NCBI GenBank assembly: GCA_963820595.1
Contig: CAWGAO010000007.1
Coordinates: 113,071 to 177,070 of the forward strand
Direction of reading: 5' to 3'
Source: Candidatus Tagabacteria bacterium
GTDB taxonomy: Bacteria > Patescibacteriota > Minisyncoccia > GCA-002779875
DNA length: 64,000 nucleotides
The notes under the pieces are model-generated. The model made no database searches. It was not told the origin of the DNA and worked only from the letters and a program-made list of their open reading frames with translations. The stretch's first letter is position 1, and each line of letters begins with the position of its first letter. A program made the translations under genes and the position numbers. Of this stretch, positions 29,273 to 38,380 are shown piece by piece.

Positions 29273-30680
29273 TTAGTATGCCCTCCTCAAAACTCCCATT
29301 GTGACGTGAGACCCAACGCCGGCGTGAGAAACCCACGCTGCCTGCCTGGCATTCGGCACCTGAAGGCTTTTCCAATCTTCCGGCTTTCTCCTGGGTTTTG
29401 CCGCGAATTCTCCTTTATCCGCCCATTTATCCCAAATTTTCGGGTCGCCGTGGAATTTGTTATACTTTTGCTGCAACTGCCAGAGACATTCCACGCCCTG
29501 AAAAATTCCCGTTGCGCCAACCGCGTGCATCGTTCCCAAAAGACCGCCGGAAAGATTAGATGGGCACTTGCCTCCATAGTAGGCATCTCCGGACTCGATA
29601 TATTCGGCCTCTTGGCCATAGGGTCTAAGACCGATATCACCGTAAGTCTGGATATCAGAAATTGTAAAAGCGTCGTGAAGCTCCACAAGGTCAAAATCTT
29701 CGATTGGGTTTTGAATCCCGGCCATTCGATAAACAAGATAGGCGGCGAAACGAGCGGCCAGAAAACTTTCGAATCCCGGCCACCGATCATCTATTCTCTT
29801 TCATTTCTTTTAAAAGTTTGTCATACATTCCGGGTTCCTCGTGGGGCAAAAGCAGAATTTCCATATGGCGCCTGTCGGCCACTCGTAAGGTATGAGTGCC
29901 GCCGGCGATAAAAAGCTCGCATGGTTTATCGGTCAGTTTATAGGCCATTTCTTCTGAACACAAAAGCATACAAGCCGCGCCAACGCTCATGGCGCAGCAT
30001 TCTAAAATCCTTAATGGATCGCAAATGACCTTTCCGGAAAGGACTTCTTCAACTGTATGTTTCCCCGCCTGCTGGGCATACGGGGAATAATATGCGTAGC
30101 CGCGATTTTTCACGGCCACCTTTGCTCTGGTTTCTTCGGATAAATTGTATTTCCAGGAAAAACGCCGAGCCATCGGCGCGTAATATGAAGCGTAGATTCG
30201 GGCCAGCCGTGTTTCAAAATCTTTGCAGGCCGCTTGTGCAATGTAGAGATTGCCGGTCCGCGTATCAACTTCGTCCATACGCTCCCAGCCCATTGCCAAC
30301 GCAACATCAGCATACCCGCTCGCGATAGCCATTGCGGCATTCATGACTGTACTGCCGCCGGTTGCTCCTCCGGTTTTAACGCCGATGTTATAAAGAGGGT
30401 CGAGCCCGAGATAATCATGAATTTTTGCTTCGCCAAGAAGCTGATCTTGAAAATGATCAGCGAAGGCGCCATAAGCGGCAAAATTCAGAAAACCTTTTAC
30501 GTCTTTCGGCGAAAGCCTCAAATCGTTTTCTTCAAGCATCTGGCGAAATGCCATCATGCACAACTCTTCCAGTTTGTATTCCGGGAACTTCTTCCGATAG
30601 GCCGTCAGTCCGCCGGCCACGGCGTAAACAGGTCTTTGCCACCTTGGAATCCTCAAATTTCCCTTGCTAAACTTAATCAT
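29273..30680 (-). CDS. thiolase-fold acyl-CoA acetyltransferase (SCP-x/archaeal type), with a frame break near 29790-29803
   Basis: 29787..30680 is the N-terminal domain and 29273..29725 is the C-terminal domain (VELHDAFT...GGLLGTMHAVGATG). The C-terminal frame is open back to KRIDDRWPGFESFLAARFAAYLVYRMAGI, starting right after a TGA, so the switch lies in GAAATGAAAGAGAAT. Confidence 0.85.
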
Positions 30681-30707
30681 TTTTTCCTCCTTGTCTCTGA
30701 GTTTTCT

Positions 30708-30828
30708 TTATTTTTTCCCGACATAAAGTCGGGATCCCGACTTCTTTATTTCAAAGGACTATAAACAGAGCGTCGGGACAAATTTCAAAATCCGAAACAA
30801 AAATAGCACTCTTCGTGCTATTTGTCAA
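30708..30828 (-). promoter_or_regulatory. Copy B of the duplicated ~120-nt promoter/hairpin/leader module
   Basis: In minus sense: TTGACA, then 17 nt containing the hairpin AATAGCAC-N5-GTGCTATT, then TATTTT and a T-run. The leader then carries GTCCCGAC ... GTCGGGATCCCGAC TTTAT GTCGGGA AAAAAA followed by the SD AAGGAGG and the thiolase ATG. Confidence 0.55.
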
Positions 30829-30845
30829 TAATTTCAGTCGGCTCA

Positions 30846-31014
30846 CCCCGCCTTAATTTTACAATCCAATATATCGGCTCGACGCTTCGCGCAAAAGGCC
30901 TGCCTGCCGGCAGGCAGGGGTGCGGCTATTCGCCGCCCGCATCTCGCGACAGGCAAATAAATCTTTTAATTATAAAAATTTAGATTACATGTGGACGGTA
31001 AAATTAAAGCGGGG
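30846..31014. repeat. 17-bp inverted repeat enclosing a 20-bp GC palindrome
   Basis: CCCCGCCTTAATTTTAC (30846-30862) pairs with GTAAAATTAAAGCGGGG (30998-31014) with one mismatch. The central perfect palindrome is CCTGCCTGCCGGCAGGCAGG (30899-30918). Confidence 0.6.
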
Positions 31015-31158
31015 TTCTCAAAAATCATAGTCGTCCCGCCCTAGCGGAACTCCTTGATTTTTGGAAAATAAAAAACGGATGTCGGTTTTTCCGCCTTCAT
31101 CCGCTTTAAACATCGTTGGTTTCTTTTTCACCTTACTTCTTTCAAAAACTTTATCAAA

Positions 31159-31500
31159 CTAATCCAGTAATCCCCCTACTCCCGCTATTATCGCCCAGGC
31201 AGCTTTTTCGGTAATGCCCATTTTCTCGACCGTTTTTTTCACTAATTTCTTAAGCGCATCATTTTTATACTCATCACACAATAATCTGTAATTTGGGCTG
31301 TTTATTAATTCCACAACCCCGATCCCGTGATGTTTTGCGATGAGCTCGTTCAATTCTTTTTTGTCTGTGGCAGAAAATTCCGCAGACATCTCATTTTCAA
31401 TCTCCATTAATTGTTTATCTAACTTTTCCTCATCATCTAACGACAGTTTCAGTTCCGCTAGGGCAATCAGCAATTCGAATTTTGTGTAAGGAATTTCCAT
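31159..31500 (-). CDS. hypothetical protein (113 aa)
   Basis: ORF only. Confidence 0.5.
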   Translation of the reverse strand: MEIPYTKFELLIALAELKLSLDDEEKLDKQLMEIENEMSAEFSATDKKELNELIAKHHGIGVVELINSPNYRLLCDEYKNDALKKLVKKTVEKMGITEKAAWAIIAGVGGLLD

Positions 31501-31531
31501 TTTTGCATTTCCTTTCTCGCGGTATTTTTAT

Positions 31532-31867
31532 TTAAAGAGGTAAAACTTTTAGTTGATTCAATATCGTGCAAACATTCAGAATTATGCCGCAGGTCAACCC
31601 GTCGTTGCCAGTATCGCTTGAAGTATAGAAAGTGTCGTCGCTTAAATCAATCCCTATTGTTATATTATATACTTCTTTCATATTTTGCTCTCTGCCATCT
31701 CCTCCTCTGCCCATTTGGTCATGCAGATAATCGCCGAGAAGGTCTTGCAGCCTTTCGGGTTTAACATTCGTTTGAATAAGCGATTTTTCCGGCTTTTTCA
31801 AATCGTAAGAAATCTTAATTAAAAGATCTACCTTTTGGTTTGGCATAATCGCCTCCTCTTTTTTCAA
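31532..31867 (-). CDS. hypothetical protein (about 104-111 aa)
   Basis: ORF only. The internal Met (MPNQKV) is an alternative start. Confidence 0.5.
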   Translation of the reverse strand: MKKEEAIMPNQKVDLLIKISYDLKKPEKSLIQTNVKPERLQDLLGDYLHDQMGRGGDGREQNMKEVYNITIGIDLSDDTFYTSSDTGNDGLTCGIILNVCTILNQLKVLPL

Positions 31868-32139
31868 AGAAATTTTTACTTAGATACTTCCAATATAGCC
31901 AAATTCTATCCTATTATATTATAGTAGCGGCCATTATTTTTGTCAACCCAAATGATAGAAACTGCTGTGCCCCGTAGTTAACCGAAGGTTATACTATCGG
32001 GGTTCGGGCTTATTTCTTAAGTCCCTTGACCATAACAACATGATATAAAATCATCTGTTATTTTGTCGCCGAGCTTGCTTTTTAAAAAGATTTTTGATAA
32101 TCTAAGCAAGGATTGAAAATCCAAGAAAGGAGGAGGAAT

Positions 32140-32676
32140 ATGGGCATAAAAAGGACGATTTTCTATTTATTGTTTGGTTTTGCGTTGGCTTTGGGTCTTA
32201 GTTTTATCCTGGTTAAGGCGGGGTCTATTGATTTTTCAAAGCCGGGCGTTTCCATGTGGGTATATCTGACGGTGGCGGCATTCGTGCTTTTACTGGAAAC
32301 TGGCCCCGTGGTAATTCTATTAACCAGTATTAAAAGCCTAATGCGCCGACCGATAGATTGGAATCCAATCAGATGGAAATCTGCATGCTGGATTGCCGGC
32401 CTTATCATCGGTTTTATTCTCGGCTCCAACGTTGTCTGGGCGAGGTCAATTAATATCTCGCAAGCCGGAACAACGCTTTGGATTTTCATTGGAATAGGAT
32501 TAGTTATAGTCCTTCTACAGCTCATCCCGGCAATTATTCTATTTATCAGTCTTGTCGGCTACGCGACTAAATTAATTCACGATAAAATTCCCGTCGAGGA
32601 CAAAGCGACAATTCCGTTTTCTGAAAAAGAAAAATGCGGATGCGGCGAAAAAAACAAAAATCAGCCAAGTGGCTGA
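32140..32676 (+). CDS. membrane protein with an internal two-fold repeat
   Basis: The ATG at 32140 lies behind AGGAGGAGG. Two similar TM-pair modules are present (GSIDFSKPGVSMWVYL... and RSINISQAGTTLWIFI...). Confidence 0.7.
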   Translation: MGIKRTIFYLLFGFALALGLSFILVKAGSIDFSKPGVSMWVYLTVAAFVLLLETGPVVILLTSIKSLMRRPIDWNPIRWKSACWIAGLIIGFILGSNVVWARSINISQAGTTLWIFIGIGLVIVLLQLIPAIILFISLVGYATKLIHDKIPVEDKATIPFSEKEKCGCGEKNKNQPSG

Positions 32677-32683
32677 AAATACG

Positions 32684-32716
32684 AATCGCGGAGGAAAACT
32701 CTCCGCGATTTTTTAT
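32684..32716 (+). terminator. Rho-independent terminator
   Basis: AATCGCGGAG GAAAACT CTCCGCGATT followed by TTTTT. Confidence 0.65.
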
Positions 32717-32945
32717 TTAATTCCGCCCCTCAAGAATTTATCTGCCCCGCAGGACCCGCCCCCACACCTCTTCGAGTCCGAAGACTCATCAGAGTCTGAG
32801 CGACCCTCCTTTCCTTTTTGCCCGCCCGCTAACTGACTCAAAATTTTTGACAAGTGAACTTGTCCTGAGTTTATCGAAAGAGAACTCTGGATTGGATTAC
32901 GATTAGGAAAGAAATGGGAAAACTAATATATTTTTACTATTACAA

Positions 32946-32977
32946 CCAAAAACCGCCTCATTAGAAAGGCGGTTTTG
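32946..32977 (-). terminator. Rho-independent terminator (could act on either strand)
   Basis: Stem AACCGCC/GGCGGTT, flanked by an A run on the left and a T run on the right, downstream of 32997..33524. Confidence 0.6.
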
Positions 32978-32996
32978 GGATAAGTAGTATCAGTAA

Positions 32997-33524
32997 TTAT
33001 TTATTGAATAATTTTACAAACCAACCGAATAGGCTGAATTTACTCTCGTTGGCCGTCAAGAAATCATTAATCTTTTGCTGTTCCTGTTCTAATGTTTGGA
33101 TTTGTCCCTGAAGAACTGTTTTGCTTTCTTCACTCGTTGTTTTATCCAATAATCTTTTTAACCAGTCAATCTGATTTCTGGTTTTCACCATCTCGCTACG
33201 CAACTGACCAATATTTTTATAATCAGTCCCGATTAAAAATGTTTTTACCTTATTTCTATTCTGAATTTTATCTAGCGCGTCAGCTACCTTGTCCTTAGAT
33301 TCATTCTGTTGTTGAGCCACCACCCGCACCTGTTCACCTACTCCTCCCTGTTCTTTATCGGCTACATTCAAAAGGGTCTGAATAAAAGTTGACACTGTGC
33401 TTTGGTGTTCCGCACTATTAACTTGCTTCTCATCTTGTGCCTTGGCAAGGGCGACTGAAAAACAAAGAGTAGTTGCTAATGCTAAAGAAGCTATAAGCAG
33501 TGAGTTATTTTTAATTTTTCGCAT
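32997..33524 (-). CDS. secreted coiled-coil protein, hypothetical
   Basis: Signal peptide (LLIASLALATTLCFSVALAKA) followed by a Gln/Lys-rich helical region. Confidence 0.6.
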   Translation of the reverse strand: MRKIKNNSLLIASLALATTLCFSVALAKAQDEKQVNSAEHQSTVSTFIQTLLNVADKEQGGVGEQVRVVAQQQNESKDKVADALDKIQNRNKVKTFLIGTDYKNIGQLRSEMVKTRNQIDWLKRLLDKTTSEESKTVLQGQIQTLEQEQQKINDFLTANESKFSLFGWFVKLFNK

Positions 33525-33565
33525 AGTTTTTTGTATATTAGTTAATGGTATAATTTGACCTTTCC

Positions 33566-33718
33566 TTATTTAAACGGATTCTTGCCGCGTATAACTCTCC
33601 ACAAGAACATAATAACAGCTACCACTAATAAAATATGGATGAACCAACTAAGAATATGGAAACCGAGAAATCCTATCAGCCAAAGAGCTAATAAGACAAA
33701 TATGATAGTAATAAGCAT
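33566..33718 (-). CDS. small membrane protein (lmo0937-like, 50 aa)
   Basis: My translation is MLITIIFVLLALWLIGFLGFHILSWFIHILLVVAVIMFLWRVIRGKNPFK. It is below the ORF-track size cut-off. Confidence 0.55.
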   Translation of the reverse strand: MLITIIFVLLALWLIGFLGFHILSWFIHILLVVAVIMFLWRVIRGKNPFK

Positions 33719-33766
33719 AATTTAATTATACACCCGTCTGATTAAAAAGATATCCGCATATTTGAT

Positions 33767-34717
33767 TTACTTGATTCCGCACACCTTTTTTAGAGCCGCG
33801 AGATCATCTGCCGTCAATTTTTCATTTATACCTTCATCTTCATTAAGGTAATACATGATGGCCTTAGGATTATCAAGATGCCCCAGTCCTAGCGCGTGTC
33901 CAAGCTCGTGGGCGAGAACCCTCACAAGCTGATTCGTATCATTAAATTGGAAAATATTAATTGCCGTTCCACTTGCGTCGCTTACATATTCGCCCTCACT
34001 AAATTCCTTGCCAGTTGATGAACCAACTGTATTATATGTACTTACCTGAAGATTGAGCGTAACAATTAATTTATTAAGAACTATCTCTGCTGAATTTATA
34101 GTATCAACTAATCCATTTAAAGAGTTTTCGGCTTGATTAATTATTATAACTTGATTATTTAAATCAACTCTTTTCTGTTCCAATATATTACGTTCTGCCT
34201 TCGACGCTCCGCCATGGCTATTCCAATAATTAACATCTTTTTCGAAAGCGCTTTTGTCTGCGTTATAGGTCGCAATCAAGGTCTCTAATTGTGCTTTTTC
34301 TTTATTATACGAGACAACAAGTAAATCATACTTGGCTTTTAATACGTCATAGGTAGATTGATCATCATTAATAACTATTCCTATTTTTCTCAATGCATCC
34401 GTAGCTTTCTGCCGATAGTCATAGATAAGACTTATTTTTAAGTCTCCTGTGGGAGAATATTCGAATAATTGTTTGTTGATTGGCGATTCCCATATTTTTT
34501 CAGCTTGTTTTATATCATCCAATAATTCTTCTTTTGTTAAACCAAAACGCGGATCAATATTTACAATAGAATATGTTATCGGCCTTTGGCAGGGTTGAAA
34601 TCGATTTAGAAACCCTTGCGAAAAACGACTAGCATCTTCCCTATAGTAGTAACCAAAGCCCAGAAGCAATAAAATAGCGAATATACTGACAAAAAATTTA
34701 ATTCGGAAGGGTTTCAT
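33767..34717 (-). CDS. membrane-anchored zinc metalloprotease (matrixin/metzincin type)
   Basis: HELGHALGLGH (HExxHxxGxxH) followed by the Met-turn IMY. N-terminal TM helix. Confidence 0.85.
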   Translation of the reverse strand: MKPFRIKFFVSIFAILLLLGFGYYYREDASRFSQGFLNRFQPCQRPITYSIVNIDPRFGLTKEELLDDIKQAEKIWESPINKQLFEYSPTGDLKISLIYDYRQKATDALRKIGIVINDDQSTYDVLKAKYDLLVVSYNKEKAQLETLIATYNADKSAFEKDVNYWNSHGGASKAERNILEQKRVDLNNQVIIINQAENSLNGLVDTINSAEIVLNKLIVTLNLQVSTYNTVGSSTGKEFSEGEYVSDASGTAINIFQFNDTNQLVRVLAHELGHALGLGHLDNPKAIMYYLNEDEGINEKLTADDLAALKKVCGIK

Positions 34718-34795
34718 ATTTTATATTGGATTCGTATATAGCTATTATGTAATATTTTCATGAAAAAAATAATAACTCCTGCTAATCGTCAAACA

Positions 34796-35774
34796 TCAAC
34801 TCCCTCTCTGATATTTTTGCTTGATAATCTCTCGCAATATTTCTTCAACGCGGCTGATACTGGCATCGTCTATCACCGAAATTGCCATCGCTTCCTTGCC
34901 GACGGCTTTTAATTCGTCTAGCTTTTTATCAACTTCATCTTTATCCAACAAGTCGGCTTTGCTTAAAAAAATGTATTCGGGCTTATCCAGCAATTCTTTA
35001 TTATACGCGCCAAGCTCATTTCTGATGATTTGATAATCCTTTTCCGGGTCGGACTGACTCCGCGGAAATAAAATGGAAAAGGGTTTTAGTGCGTTCAATA
35101 TGGCGCAAAAATTTAACGCCCAGCCCTTTGCCACCTGATGCTCCTTCAATGAGTCCGGGAATATCGGCTAAAATTAATTCATAATAAACGCCGAGGTTCG
35201 GCTCAAGGGTTGTGAAGGAATAATTGGCCACTTTGCTTTTGGCGTTGGTCAGTTGATTCAGTAAGCTCGATTTGCCGACATTTGGCAAACCGATAAAACC
35301 AACATCGGCGATTAATTTAAGCTCCAATCTTAATTCGTATTCCTCCCCCGGCAAACCCTCTTGAAATTCCGTGGGACTCGTATTAACCGATGAGCGAAAT
35401 TTAAAATTACCTTTTCCGCCTCGCCCGCCTTTAACCGCCAATAGACGTTGGCCGATAGAAATAATCTCATCGTCTTTGGCGGTCGATAGATTATGCACCA
35501 CCGTGCCAATGGGCACCTTCAAAATTAAATCATCACCATTTGACCCGTCGTTAAGCTGATCTTTTCCCCTTTCTCCGTCTTGTGCCACTAATTCTTTTTT
35601 ATAACGAAACTGCCCAAGCGCGCCCAAATCCGACACGCCTTCAAAATAAATACTGCCGCCGTTGCCGCCGCTGGCGCCTGTCGGACCAAGAGTCATCTTT
35701 GCGTTATTGAACGCCACTTTGCCATCACCGCCCCGACCGGCCTTTACTTTAATTTTTACATCATCAATCAACAT
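34796..35774 (-). CDS. obg: GTPase Obg, with a frame break near 35048-35060
   Basis: Obg fold (VKAGRGGDGKVAF, GGRGGKGN), G domain (GLPNVGKSSLL, DIPGLIEGAS), then a shift into ...DPEKDYQIIRNELGAYN...LSKADL in ORF 34796..35149. Confidence 0.9.
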
Positions 35775-35783
35775 GCTTAAATA

Positions 35784-36350
35784 TTATAATATTTCCCTTA
35801 ATAATTCCTTTACGCCGATCTTCTTTTTTGCTGAATAAGGAATAATCTGATGGACTCCGATAAGCTCTTTGATTGTTTTGAATTGCTCTTCGTATTCTGC
35901 CTGCTTTATCCTATCTATCTTATTTGCCACAACAATAATGTCTTTCTTATAATCATCTAAGCTATAAAGCATGTCTAAATCATCTCTAGTCGGACCAACG
36001 CTAGCATCAATTATCAAAACTACTTTCTTCTGTTCATAATTAGAAACGAAAAAATACCAATTTACCATAGCCTTAAGGCTATTCTTTAATTTATCCGGAA
36101 CCTTGACATAGCCATAGCCCGGTAAATCGACAAAATACAAAGAATTATTAATCAAAAATAGGTTTATCTTCTGGGTACGCCCCGGGAAAGAACTGGTCTT
36201 AGCTAAATCATTCCGATTAACCAAAGAATTGATGACGCTAGACTTCCCTACATTTGAACGGCCGATAAAGGCAACCTGGGGAATGCCATTCTCAAATATA
36301 CTATCGCTACCAAGCACGCCTTTTATAAATTGAGCTGATTCTATTTTCAT
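35784..36350 (-). CDS. engB: ribosome biogenesis GTP-binding protein EngB/YsxC
   Basis: [28 protein letters not shown] and ANKIDR motifs. Confidence 0.9.
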   Translation of the reverse strand: MKIESAQFIKGVLGSDSIFENGIPQVAFIGRSNVGKSSVINSLVNRNDLAKTSSFPGRTQKINLFLINNSLYFVDLPGYGYVKVPDKLKNSLKAMVNWYFFVSNYEQKKVVLIIDASVGPTRDDLDMLYSLDDYKKDIIVVANKIDRIKQAEYEEQFKTIKELIGVHQIIPYSAKKKIGVKELLREIL

Positions 36351-36530
36351 ATGTATTCAATATAGCGACGAAAATTAGATACTCTTTTTCTTAGTATCCA
36401 TTAATATTACTTAACTACAAATAACCAAATTATTTCTTCTTGTCTTTCTTCGGCTTTTTTGTTTCTTTTCTTCTGGAATTGTTTCCTTTTGCCATAGCTT
36501 TATTAATAATTATAATATCGGGTTTCTTAG

Positions 36531-37052
36531 TTAGACCCTTTTAGACTTCTTTACTTTTTCTTTCTTTTTAACTACTACTTCCTTCTTTTCAGCTATTACC
36601 TCTTTCTTTTCCTCTTTTACTGGAACAGCTGGAGTTAAAGATTTTATAATCCTATCAAGCTTAGCATTCAATATGTCAAACTGCTTCTTCAACTCATCAT
36701 TATTTCCTTTACTAATATTACTCCCGAGATCAGTTTTGACGGGAGTTTTGTAACTATTAAAATTTTTTTGCGGGAATCTATCGCCCCCTCTATTATTTCC
36801 GGTTTCTTTCTTGCTTTCAAAACAAACATTGCAATACACTGGCTTGCCAGCAGTTGGACGGAAAGGTACCTCGCAAGGCTTCTTACATTGATCACAAACT
36901 GCTTGATGCATAGTGACTGGGCCACGATCTCTACCGCCTGATCCGCCCCAGCTTTTCCTGGGAAAATTTGGTCGGCCTTCGTCTCGTCTACCAAATCCGC
37001 CTCCATGGCCCCCACCGAAACGTTTTCCTCTATCTTGTCTAAAATCTCCCAT
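36531..37052 (-). CDS. zinc-ribbon protein with an RGG-rich N-terminus and Lys-rich C-terminus, hypothetical
   Basis: CDQCKKPCEVPFRPTAGKPVYCNVC (CxxC...CxxC), flanked by Gly/Arg repeats. Confidence 0.6.
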   Translation of the reverse strand: MGDFRQDRGKRFGGGHGGGFGRRDEGRPNFPRKSWGGSGGRDRGPVTMHQAVCDQCKKPCEVPFRPTAGKPVYCNVCFESKKETGNNRGGDRFPQKNFNSYKTPVKTDLGSNISKGNNDELKKQFDILNAKLDRIIKSLTPAVPVKEEKKEVIAEKKEVVVKKKEKVKKSKRV

Positions 37053-37296
37053 ATATTTATATATTAATTATTATAATATAGAGTATGCACTATTTTTATT
37101 CAAAAAGCAATTGGTTTAAAAATTATTATACTGAGCCGGGTCGAAGTACCCCGCCCTGTTTATCCTGAGTAAACTTGTAGTGAGCTAGTCGAATCTATCG
37201 AAGGGCTACTCACTATAAAAACCCTGTTATTCATTAATTGAACTGATATAATAATATTGGACCATTGAAGAAAGTTCTTTTAGAGGGGGCGATAAC

Positions 37297-37668
37297 GTGC
37301 AGGATACTGAAAAAGAAAACAACTGTTACGAGCGGTATCAAGAACTGGGCGGTATTATCAATGAGAAAGATTACGAAAGCGCTCTTAATAGGGCTAAAAA
37401 TACAACCACGCTGGATATAGCGCTGATAAAAGAATTGGAATTCATCGCGCATATTGCGGGGATTGAGTTGCACAACACAAAAGACACTATCGACCAAAGA
37501 ACTATATTATACGGAATATTACGCACCGATGCTATGCCAAAAGGGGTTAAATACCACCACAATCAAATGAGTGACCAGCGTTTATTCGCAGAAGCGTTGC
37601 GAATGTTAGGAGACGTTGATTCGCTCAATAAATTAATTAATACACATCCCAATATCGCTTTTGACTGA
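37297..37668 (+). CDS. hypothetical protein (123 aa)
   Basis: ORF with a GTG start, flanked by inverted copies of the ATCCTGAGT...TCGAAGG module. Confidence 0.5.
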   Translation: MQDTEKENNCYERYQELGGIINEKDYESALNRAKNTTTLDIALIKELEFIAHIAGIELHNTKDTIDQRTILYGILRTDAMPKGVKYHHNQMSDQRLFAEALRMLGDVDSLNKLINTHPNIAFD

Positions 37669-37690
37669 AAATGGTGGGCATAAAAAAACT

Positions 37691-37715
37691 ACCGCATACG
37701 AATGCGGTTTTTTTT
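37691..37715 (+). terminator. Rho-independent terminator
   Basis: ACCGCAT ACGA ATGCGGT followed by TTTTTTT. Confidence 0.65.
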
Positions 37716-37737
37716 ATAATACCGCGCTTTATATTCT

Positions 37738-37830
37738 ACTCCGCATCGTGGATAACGTTATCCTTCGATAAACTCAGGATGAAAATATTTGATGGTAAGC
37801 GAAGTCGAACCAGAACCATTATCCAGCGGC
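37738..37830. repeat. Repeat R1 (long form)
   Basis: ACTCCGCATCGTGGATAACGTTA ... AACCATTATCCAGCGGC. It contains the 14-bp palindrome GGATAACGTTATCC (37750-37763) and the hairpin ATCCTTCGATAAACTCAGGAT (37760-37780). Confidence 0.7.
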
Positions 37831-37881
37831 AATTCGGGGCGGGATTGACGGCTAATCAAGTATCTCTTAGAATATAGGAGT

Positions 37882-38301
37882 ATGATTTATGAACAACCGG
37901 AAATTAAAGAAAAAAACTCGGCTTTGGAAAAGTTTCATCGGGAAATTCAGGAATTAAAAGAGGAAGAAGAAAGGAAGTTCAAGGAAAAAGAAGCTAGTGG
38001 AGGCGGGGGCAGCATTCATTTGCAGAAATTGAACCCGAAAGAGCTGACACAGGAAGACGAGGTAATTTATAATAAGTTTAAAAATCTAGAACTTGAAAAA
38101 AATGATTTTGAAAATTGGAAGAAAAAAATGACAGAAGAATTAGAGGAAATGGCGCCCGACGACCCGGAAAAAAATGATGAATTTTCCGCCGAAAATTCCC
38201 GATATATTTTTTCGCAGTTCATCGCCAATAAAATCATTGACTGGGGTGTTTGGGAAATGAAAAAGAAGAAAAAAGAAAGGGCCCTGCCCGAGATTAAATA
38301 A
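37882..38301 (+). CDS. hypothetical Glu/Lys-rich protein (139 aa)
   Basis: ORF bracketed by direct repeats R1 and R2. Confidence 0.55.
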   Translation: MIYEQPEIKEKNSALEKFHREIQELKEEEERKFKEKEASGGGGSIHLQKLNPKELTQEDEVIYNKFKNLELEKNDFENWKKKMTEELEEMAPDDPEKNDEFSAENSRYIFSQFIANKIIDWGVWEMKKKKKERALPEIK

Positions 38302-38340
38302 TCAGAAAAAACGAAAACCAAAAAGGTGATATTTTCTTGA

Positions 38341-38380
38341 CTCCGCATCGTGGATGACGTTAAAACCATTATCCAGCGGC
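38341..38380. repeat. Repeat R2 (short form of R1)
   Basis: CTCCGCATCGTGGATGACGTTA AA AACCATTATCCAGCGGC. It equals R1 without internal segment 37761-37813. Confidence 0.7.

Noticed and set aside
32769-32799. Hammerhead ribozyme core (minus strand CUGAUGAGUCUUCGGACUCGAAG)
   Set aside because: CUGAUGA and GAA are present, but two extra nucleotides (UC) lie between the putative stem II (GUC-UUCG-GAC) and GAA. I could not identify convincing stems I and III or a cleavage site.
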